A DNA stretch of 64,000 bases from the NCBI GenBank assembly GCA_963816855.1, contig CAWFMA010000024.1, positions 42,198 to 106,197 of the forward strand, given 5' to 3'. This DNA is from an uncultured Verrucomicrobiae bacterium. Its GTDB lineage: Bacteria; Verrucomicrobiota; Verrucomicrobiia; Chthoniobacterales; Terrimicrobiaceae. The first letter of the stretch is position 1. Every line of letters starts with the position of its first letter. Below the pieces are notes generated by a model. The model saw only the letters and a list, made by a program, of their open reading frames with translations, searched no databases and was not told where the DNA came from. Both the position numbers and the translations under genes were made by a program. Positions 57,471 through 64,000 of this stretch are shown here, one piece after another.

Positions 57471-59561
57471 CTATTTCCCTTGTCCTCCGCGAGAAGTTTT
57501 CTTTTTTGCCTTCTGCGGTTTGGGCGTCGGCGCGTCTTGAAGGATCGGCTCGGTGGGATCCTCCTTGCTGAAAGCGCGCGGCAGTTTCGCCTGGGGTTTT
57601 TTCGGGTCTGTAACTTTCTGAAATTGTCCCCTTTCCATTCTGTTAAGCGCCTGGGGGTTGAAGGGGCGAACGAGGGGGTCGTCGAAGAGTTCGACGTATT
57701 GGGTATCCAGCGAAAGTGCCAGGTCATAGCTCGCCATGGCGCTGATGTATGTGAAGCGGGCTTGGAGAACGTTGGTCTGGGCTGTGAGCAGCTGGACCTG
57801 CGCATTGAGCACGTCGAGCTGGGTTCCCGCGCCGGCATCGAGTCGTTCCTTGGAAAGCCGCAAGGCCTCGGTGGCTTGCACGACGCTGGCCGTCTGGCTG
57901 TCGATGGTTTCCTGCGCCTGCTGGAGGTTGGAAATAGCCTGCTGGACATCGAGCACGACCTGTCGGACGCCGTTGTCGTAGTTGTTCTTCGACTGCATGA
58001 GTTGGGCCTTGGCCTGCGTCACGCGGCCATAGGTCGCGCCGCCATTCCAAACGTTCCATGTGCCGGTGGCTCCGAAGAACCCTCCGCTGACCGTGTTCGA
58101 GAGATTCTGGGAGGTGAGATCATTCGTAAATTCATAGCCGGCATTGGCGTTGATGCTGGGGAACCATCCGGCGATCTGCACGTTGACGTTCGAGGCATTC
58201 GCCAGAATCGTTTGCCGCTGAGCTTTGAGGGAGGGATTGCGGGCGATCGCGACCCTGATGGACTCATCCGTCTCGATCTTTTGAGGGCTGTAACCAAGCG
58301 TTCCGACCACGTTGAACGGCACCTCGCTGGGATGGCCTTTCGGGTAGTCCATTCCGAGAAGCCTCACGAGCTGATAGGTGGAAACGCGGTAGGCGTTCTG
58401 AGCCTGGATCAGCGGAGGCAGAGCGTTGGCCAATTGCACCTCGGCCTGTAGCACGTTGAAACGGGGCACGGTGCCGGCGTCGTAGCGATTCTGCTGGTCC
58501 TTAACCTGTTGCTGGAGCAGCGCCACATTTTGCTCCTGCGCCACGATCAGCGCGCGGTTCAGGACAACCTGGTAGAACTGATTGATAACTTGCGAGACGA
58601 TGTTATCGATCGTCGATCGCAAACTGAAGAAGGCGCTGTTGTAAGCCGCGCTTCCCGCCTTGATGCCCGAAAAGGTGGCGCCCCCGTCGAAAATGAGCTG
58701 GGTCGCTTGAAATTGAATGTTCCACGTTTGGTTCTGGATGGCGGCGCCGCCGCCGCCGCCAAGTGAAAGGACGGTAGGCCTGCCGCCGCTAGGATTTGGA
58801 ATTTGGACAGAGTTGACGCTGCGCCCGCTCCCGTCAATTAGTTCGATAGCGCTGCCTCCGCGCCGCCCGATTCCCTGAGTTACCAGATCTTCCTGCTGCT
58901 GATTGTAGCTCGAGTTGATTACCAGTTGAGGAACCGCCTGCGCGGCCACCTGGATAAGCTGGCCTCGGGTCAAGCGAATCTGCTGTATGGCATTGAGGAT
59001 GTCGGTGTTTTGCTTGAGGGCAATCTGGACCGCGTCGTTGAGCGTCATCTCCGGCACCTTGGGATTGCGCTGCTTGTTGATGAGAACGGCGAGCGACTTT
59101 TCGAAATCGGCCATCACCATCTTTTGCTGCATGGCCAGGTTCTCACTGTCCTTCAAATCAGCGGTTTCTCCCGTTTTCTTCAAGGGTTCGGAAACCTGTG
59201 CGGGATTGGGCAGAGGCAGGTTCAGCTGCTCCGAAAGCGTGTTGGCGTCCTGCAGGGCCGGCGTGGGCATCGGAGGCGGAGTCAGGGGCATCGTGCCGTC
59301 CGGCAGCGGCGTTGGAGTCGGCGTGGGCGGAGGCGCCGCCGGGGAGGTGACGGGCATCGTGCCATCGGGAAGCGGAGTCGGATTCGAAAGCGCAGGCAGG
59401 GGAGGCGGAGTGGGGAGAAGAGTCTGAGGGGTAAGCAGCGGACTTGTTGGAGTCGGCGTCGGCACCGCAGGATTGGTGCCCGTCTGGGCCATCGCGGAAA
59501 GGATGGCCAGAAGCGCGCAGGCGGAAACCAGAGGGACCTTCAGGGTGTTTACTCGGAGCAT
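57471..59561 (-). CDS. TolC family outer membrane channel with a Pro/Thr-rich N-terminal extension
   Basis: Signal peptide MLRVNTLKVPLVSACALLAILSAMAQ, a PT-rich region containing a 22-aa tandem repeat, two TolC repeats (LNDAVQIALKQNTDILNA...), and a basic C-terminal tail. Confidence 0.85.
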   Translation of the reverse strand: MLRVNTLKVPLVSACALLAILSAMAQTGTNPAVPTPTPTSPLLTPQTLLPTPPPLPALSNPTPLPDGTMPVTSPAAPPPTPTPTPLPDGTMPLTPPPMPTPALQDANTLSEQLNLPLPNPAQVSEPLKKTGETADLKDSENLAMQQKMVMADFEKSLAVLINKQRNPKVPEMTLNDAVQIALKQNTDILNAIQQIRLTRGQLIQVAAQAVPQLVINSSYNQQQEDLVTQGIGRRGGSAIELIDGSGRSVNSVQIPNPSGGRPTVLSLGGGGGAAIQNQTWNIQFQATQLIFDGGATFSGIKAGSAAYNSAFFSLRSTIDNIVSQVINQFYQVVLNRALIVAQEQNVALLQQQVKDQQNRYDAGTVPRFNVLQAEVQLANALPPLIQAQNAYRVSTYQLVRLLGMDYPKGHPSEVPFNVVGTLGYSPQKIETDESIRVAIARNPSLKAQRQTILANASNVNVQIAGWFPSINANAGYEFTNDLTSQNLSNTVSGGFFGATGTWNVWNGGATYGRVTQAKAQLMQSKNNYDNGVRQVVLDVQQAISNLQQAQETIDSQTASVVQATEALRLSKERLDAGAGTQLDVLNAQVQLLTAQTNVLQARFTYISAMASYDLALSLDTQYVELFDDPLVRPFNPQALNRMERGQFQKVTDPKKPQAKLPRAFSKEDPTEPILQDAPTPKPQKAKKKTSRGGQGK

Positions 59562-60019
59562 GATTTGTGTTTGCTGAGGCAGTAGGAATGCACCTTTTCG
59601 TAGATGCTCAGCCACGCCTTTTGTTCTTCGTGCGGCAACAAATTCATGATTTGAGAGAGGTTGTTTACGATGTCCTGCCGAATTTTCTCCACCAGCGCAC
59701 TTCCTTTTTCGGTTATCCGAACGAGAACTTTGCGCCGGTCATTCGCGGCGTGGGAGCGCTCGACGTAGCCCAGATTCTCCAGGCGGTCCACGAGACCGGT
59801 TGCGGCGGCCGTCGAGTGGTTCATCTTTTCGGCGATTTCGCTCATCGAAAGAAAGTCGTGGCTGGCGATGTGCCCGAGCAGGAAAAACTGCGGAAAAGAA
59901 ACTTGCCCGCGTGACAATTCTTCGGAAAGACGCAGCATCAAGCAACGCTGCAGGGTCATCATAATATCCGCGAGCCGTTCGACATCGGCCCGCGCATCCG
60001 TTTTTGTCAGCTCAATCAC
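59549..60019 (-). CDS. MarR family transcriptional regulator
   Basis: 156 aa with a winged HTH (MSEIAEKMNHSTAAATGLVDRLENLGYVER...DRRKVLVRITEKG). Confidence 0.9.
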   Translation of the reverse strand: MIELTKTDARADVERLADIMMTLQRCLMLRLSEELSRGQVSFPQFFLLGHIASHDFLSMSEIAEKMNHSTAAATGLVDRLENLGYVERSHAANDRRKVLVRITEKGSALVEKIRQDIVNNLSQIMNLLPHEEQKAWLSIYEKVHSYCLSKHKSCSE

Positions 60020-60090
60020 AAGGCTTTATTAAGCACATTAGAATTAAGAGAAACCTAACAGTAATTGTCAACGGGGGATTGAGAGTCTGT

Positions 60091-60549
60091 TCAGGGTTTA
60101 AAGACGCGGTCTCCGGGCGAAGGATTTCCGCTGGCGATATCCGCGATGAGAAAAGGCGGGGTTTTTAGGGAGCTCATGCGCAGGTTGGCGGTTTCCTTGT
60201 TGTCCCTGATGGAGACGAGGAGTTCGCCCGCCTCCGCGCCTTGGAACGCTGTGGCATCGATCAGGACAAAGCGATCATCGGTATTTACCGTCTTGATGAC
60301 TCCGATAAGTCGCGGCACCTGGGCCTGAGGCGGTTTGGCCTTGCGGGGGATGACGTTGGGGATCGCGCCGATCCAGGAAATCACATTCACCCCGAAAGGT
60401 CTTTTGGGTTTTGGCGTGGTAGCCTGGCTCTGGACGGCTCCGGCCCCTCTCGTTGAAGGCGCGGCGCAACCCGCCAGAACCAAGACGCAGAGAGCCATGC
60501 GGGCCGGAAGATTCACAAATCGCTGAACGAGCGATCTCCTTGACCTCAC
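60091..60549 (-). CDS. hypothetical lipoprotein
   Basis: It has the lipobox VLVLAGC. I recognise no family. Confidence 0.5.
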   Translation of the reverse strand: MRSRRSLVQRFVNLPARMALCVLVLAGCAAPSTRGAGAVQSQATTPKPKRPFGVNVISWIGAIPNVIPRKAKPPQAQVPRLIGVIKTVNTDDRFVLIDATAFQGAEAGELLVSIRDNKETANLRMSSLKTPPFLIADIASGNPSPGDRVFKP

Positions 60550-60564
60550 GATCCCTGGCGGAAC

Positions 60565-60786
60565 TTATCGGTGGCAGCCGCCGGCGCCACACCCGCAGCT
60601 TGACGTGTGGGTGTGGGCGGACGGGGAGGTCAAGACACCGACGCCCCCCGCAATGACTCGCTTGATGGGCTCCCCCGTTTCCGGATGCCTGACCAGCGCT
60701 GCTTCCTTAATGCTTTGCTTGATTTCATAGCGCCTGATTCGCGCACCTTTCCTGGGCGGGAGAGTTTCGTAAACGTAGGTGGGCAT
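60565..60786 (-). CDS. FmdB-like small protein lacking the N-terminal zinc-ribbon cysteines
   Basis: The MPTYVYE... N-terminus is typical of the FmdB family, but there is no CxxC pair in the first 60 residues. A Cys cluster sits only at the C-terminus (SSCGCGAGGCH). Confidence 0.55.
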   Translation of the reverse strand: MPTYVYETLPPRKGARIRRYEIKQSIKEAALVRHPETGEPIKRVIAGGVGVLTSPSAHTHTSSCGCGAGGCHR

Positions 60787-60860
60787 AGGGAAGTGATGAG
60801 CCAGGGAGAGCTTGTGACAAGAAAATTCACGTTTTAGGCCGCAGTTCCGGAGGAGTTCAC

Positions 60861-61724
60861 TTGCAACGAAGGTTTTGTCGCTTCAGAAGGTCCGCTGTGC
60901 GTTCCATCTGTTTTCTCGGCCCGGAAGGGACCTTCTCGCATATCCTTGCGCGCAAAAGGTTCGGCGAGCGCGCGGTTCTGATGCCCTGTCCGACGATCGA
61001 AGCCATTTTCGATCGCGTGCTGGGTTCCGGGCATGATCTTGGAATTGTGCCGATTGAGAATTCGAGCGGAGGCACCGTCTACGACTCGGTCGACCTGTTG
61101 ATCCGCCATGCCCGGCGCGTTTTTATTTGGGAGGAGCTTGCCTTGGACGTACGTATCGCCCTGCTCGGTCACCGGGGCCAAGCTGTCAAAACGGTGTTTT
61201 CACATTTTGTCCAAATCAAACATCACGCGGAGTGGCTGAAACTCCGGCACCCGAAGGCCCGGCTGCACGCGTTGGCCAGCACGGCATTGGCGGCCCAGAA
61301 GGCGGCCCAAAGCAAACAAGCGGCGGCCCTGGCCTCGCCGGGCGCCGCCGACGTCTACGGCTTGGATCTCCTCGAAATGCCGGAAGCCGGCCAACCCGTG
61401 AACGTGACCCACTTTTTCGTGATCGGGGCGCAAGCGAGAAATGCCGGAGCCAGATCGCAAAAGACGGCTCTGGTTGCCGCCCTTTCGAACGTCTGCGGCA
61501 GTCTTCATCGTTTCCTGGGACCCTTTGCGCGGCAGCGAGTGAATCTTTCGCGGATCGTTTCGCGGCCGGTGCCGGGCCAGCCGCAGACTTATGTTTTCTT
61601 CCTGGAGATTGAGGGCGGTCCCGGCTCTCCGGTGGTCGCCCGGACCCTGCTCAAGGCCGGCTCGCTCGCCGAGTCCTTGACAAGTCTGGGAACCTACACC
61701 GTTCGAAGGCGCTATAAATCGTAG
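60861..61724 (+). CDS. pheA: prephenate dehydratase
   Basis: ICFLGPEGTFSH, the TRF-like region NVTHFFVIG, and a C-terminal ACT domain (LSRIVSRP). The start is uncertain: TTG at 60861 or GTG at 60897. Confidence 0.88.
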   Translation: MQRRFCRFRRSAVRSICFLGPEGTFSHILARKRFGERAVLMPCPTIEAIFDRVLGSGHDLGIVPIENSSGGTVYDSVDLLIRHARRVFIWEELALDVRIALLGHRGQAVKTVFSHFVQIKHHAEWLKLRHPKARLHALASTALAAQKAAQSKQAAALASPGAADVYGLDLLEMPEAGQPVNVTHFFVIGAQARNAGARSQKTALVAALSNVCGSLHRFLGPFARQRVNLSRIVSRPVPGQPQTYVFFLEIEGGPGSPVVARTLLKAGSLAESLTSLGTYTVRRRYKS

Positions 61725-61763
61725 GTTGCAAAGCCCTCTCCGTTTTGCCAATCACGTGGGTCT

Positions 61764-62900
61764 ATGAAGCGTGCCGCGATTCTCTTTTTTATTCTCGCCT
61801 CGGGACTGCGCGGGCAGGAGGCGACGACCATCACGATCCGCAAGGGTGACACGACGAGCGTGGCCCTCAAAGCGTTGGCAGGAGGCGATGGTGCCGCCGC
61901 CACAAAGATTCTTCAGAACGATCTGGATCTTTCGGGCTGGTTCAGTTTGACCCCGCCGGAGCGGGCGACATACGTGATCAGCGGATCGGCCTCGGGCGGT
62001 CCTTTGCAAGGTGAGGTGCGCGATCAGCGGGGAAGCGTTGTTCTTCAGAAGGCCTATTCGGGCGGAACGCGGGCGGCGGCGCACAGGTTTGCCGATGATA
62101 TCGTCGAAACCGTCACCGGACACAAGGGGATCGCCAGCTCCAAGATTGCCTTCGTGTCGAGCCATTCCGGGCACAAGGAAATTTACACTGCCGACTATGA
62201 TGGTGCCAACACGCGCCAATTGACCAAGGACGGCTCGATCAGCGTGGCGCCCGCCATCTCGCCCGATCAAAGCAAGCTGGCCTACACCGGCTACCAGAGC
62301 GGTTACGCGGATATCTACCTGATTGATCTGGCATCGGGAGCAAGGAACCGCATTGTGAAATTCCCCGGTACAAACTCCGGAGCCGCTTTTTCTCCCGACA
62401 GCGCTCATATTGCCTGCACCCTCAGCAAGGATGGGAATCCCGAACTCTATGTGATCGGGGCCGGCGGCGGTGGCGCCCGCCGATTGACCAAGACGCGCGG
62501 CGTGGAGTCATCGCCCACTTGGTCTCCGGACGGGTCGCAGATCATTTATTCCTCCGATGAACGCGGTGGGCCCCAGTTGTTCAAGATCGGAGTGGGAGGC
62601 GGAAGCGGACAGTTGATCTCGACCGGCTATGGCTATTGCACCGAGCCGAGTTGGTCTCCGGATGGGCGAAAGCTCGCCTTCACGGCGCGAACCGGGGGGT
62701 TTTCGATCGGGGTGCGGGACTTGGAGAGCGGCTCGACCAATCTCGTGGCCACGGGGGAGGATCCGGCATGGGGGGCGGACTCCCGGCATTTGATCTTTAG
62801 TAGCGGATCGAACATCGTATTGTTTGATACGCAAAACGGTCGGTCCGTGCCGGTTATCACCGGTCTTGGAAAGGTCAGCGAACCGAGTTGGTCGCGGTAG
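61764..62900 (+). CDS. tolB: Tol-Pal system beta-propeller protein TolB
   Basis: It has a signal peptide and repeated WSPDG / SPD blades (PAISPDQSKLAY, AAFSPDSAHIA, PTWSPDGSQIIY, PSWSPDGRKLAF). Confidence 0.85.
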   Translation: MKRAAILFFILASGLRGQEATTITIRKGDTTSVALKALAGGDGAAATKILQNDLDLSGWFSLTPPERATYVISGSASGGPLQGEVRDQRGSVVLQKAYSGGTRAAAHRFADDIVETVTGHKGIASSKIAFVSSHSGHKEIYTADYDGANTRQLTKDGSISVAPAISPDQSKLAYTGYQSGYADIYLIDLASGARNRIVKFPGTNSGAAFSPDSAHIACTLSKDGNPELYVIGAGGGGARRLTKTRGVESSPTWSPDGSQIIYSSDERGGPQLFKIGVGGGSGQLISTGYGYCTEPSWSPDGRKLAFTARTGGFSIGVRDLESGSTNLVATGEDPAWGADSRHLIFSSGSNIVLFDTQNGRSVPVITGLGKVSEPSWSR

Positions 62901-62974
62901 CGGCTCAACAAACTCTTAGAAAGCGCCGATCGTCGGTTGATTATTTTGTGAAGAGTCCCTATTCGATAGAACCA

Positions 62975-63475
62975 ATGAAAAAGTTGTTTACTTTGGGTTT
63001 GGCCGGGCTTCTCGCCATGACTTTTCCGGCATGCAAAAAGAAAGGTAGCCAGGCGTATGCGGGCATCGAGGGAGACTACGTCACCGGGACTCCCCTGGCT
63101 GACCGGCCGGAGGGCGCGAACTTTTTCGGGGCCAATGTCACGCGAGGTCAATTTCCGCCCGTCTATTTCGGGTACGACAGCTTTTCGGTGCCGGGTTCGG
63201 AATTGAATAAGATTCAACAGGTGGCCTCGGGGATGAAGTCGGGAAGTCAGACTCTTATCGTCGCGGGATTCACCGACGAACGAGGCACCGAGGAATACAA
63301 CCGCGGCCTCGGGGAGAAACGCGCTCAGGCGGTGCGCGACGCCCTCATTTCCCAAGGAATGGGCGCCGGCCGGATCCAGACTGTTAGTTTTGGCGAAGAG
63401 ATGCCCGCGGAGCCGGGGAATAACGAAGCGGCTTGGGCCAAGAATCGGCGCGCGGAATTCGGCGTGGTGAAGTAG
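62975..63475 (+). CDS. pal: peptidoglycan-associated lipoprotein (OmpA family)
   Basis: Lipobox MTFPAC and an OmpA-like domain (VYFGYDSFSV, GFTDERGTEEYNRGLGEKRAQAV, NRRAEF). Confidence 0.9.
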   Translation: MKKLFTLGLAGLLAMTFPACKKKGSQAYAGIEGDYVTGTPLADRPEGANFFGANVTRGQFPPVYFGYDSFSVPGSELNKIQQVASGMKSGSQTLIVAGFTDERGTEEYNRGLGEKRAQAVRDALISQGMGAGRIQTVSFGEEMPAEPGNNEAAWAKNRRAEFGVVK

Positions 63476-63481
63476 CGCTGC

Positions 63482-64000
63482 GTGCGAGTCCCGTTCCTGG
63501 ACCTTACCCGCCAGGGAAAGCGGGTTCGAGAAGCCGTCGACAGGAAGATAGGCGCCGTCTTCGACAGCCAGCAATTTGTCCTGGGGCGGATGGTCGAGGC
63601 GTTCGAAGAGGCTTTTTGCCAGTCTGTCGGCTGCGCGCAGGCTGTCGGTATGTCCTCCGGCACGGACGCCCAGCTTGCGATTCTCATGGCCATGGGCATA
63701 GGGGCGGGAGATGCCGTTATTACCACGCCCTACACGTTTTTCGCGACGGCTGGCTGCATTCATAGGACCGGTGCGGAGCCGGTGTTCGTGGATATTCGTC
63801 CGGACACGTTTCACATGGATGCTGAACGCCTGCGGGAATGCCTTCAGCGCCTGGCGCGCCCAGATGAGGGCCGGTTGCGCACTCCCCGCGGCAATGTCGT
63901 GCGCGCGGTGATACCGGTTCACCTTTTTGGGGCCTGCTGCGATATGGATGCCCTGCGGGAGGCGGTGGCGCCGTACGGCTTGCCGATCATCGAAGACGCC
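63482..64000 (+). CDS. DegT/DnrJ/EryC1/StrS family aminotransferase (3' end beyond window)
   Basis: This ORF is not in the track because it has no stop in the window. Hand translation from the GTG at 63482 gives VRVPFLDLTRQGKRVREAVDRKIGAVFDSQQFVLGRMVEAFEEAF...GMSSGTDAQLAILMAMGIGAGDAVITTPYTFFATAG, a typical DegT N-terminus. Confidence 0.85.
   Translation, partial: MRVPFLDLTRQGKRVREAVDRKIGAVFDSQQFVLGRMVEAFEEAFCQSVGCAQAVGMSSGTDAQLAILMAMGIGAGDAVITTPYTFFATAGCIHRTGAEPVFVDIRPDTFHMDAERLRECLQRLARPDEGRLRTPRGNVVRAVIPVHLFGACCDMDALREAVAPYGLPIIEDA

Overview
This is a GC-rich bacterial chromosomal window. The gene content (LptD, TolB/Pal, TolC, prepilin-type N-termini, Pro/Thr-rich linkers) fits a Gram-negative genome, possibly a Verrucomicrobiota/PVC-type one; the taxonomy is inference only.

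Positions 1-36.0 kb and 55.9-64.0 kb hold tightly packed housekeeping genes:
- Left block: clpB (5' cut by the window edge), bioA, CPBP protease, comF-like, accD, folC, queE, purH, lptD, a gspF/pseudopilin pair, prc, trxA, dnaE, galE, a dsbD-like gene plus redoxin, ppk2, an isolated nuoB-nuoC pair, rnd, nadC, ctpA, tsaD.
- Right block: a HAD hydrolase, pgeF, tolC, marR, pheA, tolB, pal, and a 3'-truncated degT-type aminotransferase.

Between about 36.0 and 55.7 kb lies an accessory, partly decayed segment containing:
- a SAM-methyltransferase pseudogene with two frameshifts;
- a 39-nt copy of the 5' half of tRNA-Ala;
- a 1387-aa CheB-CheR-PAS-GAF-histidine kinase with a NarL-type regulator;
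- a desaturase / micropeptide / glycosyltransferase-fusion operon;
- a wrecked IS256-family transposase;
- two copies of the 5' part of a tyrosine-integrase-like gene;
- a LarA/DUF2088-like gene;
- a cNMP-binding gene interrupted by one in-frame TGA;
- an intact tRNA-Ala(CGC) at the right edge.

No CRISPR array, rRNA or recognisable riboswitch was seen. I found no clear-cut new multi-gene system. The best second-look targets are the mirror-image tRNA-Ala island architecture and its cargo: the orphan CheBR-kinase module with unlisted small ORFs, the desaturase-GT operon, and the cNMP-binding protein with an unknown C-terminal domain. All functional calls rest on reading motifs in the supplied translations; no database search was possible.
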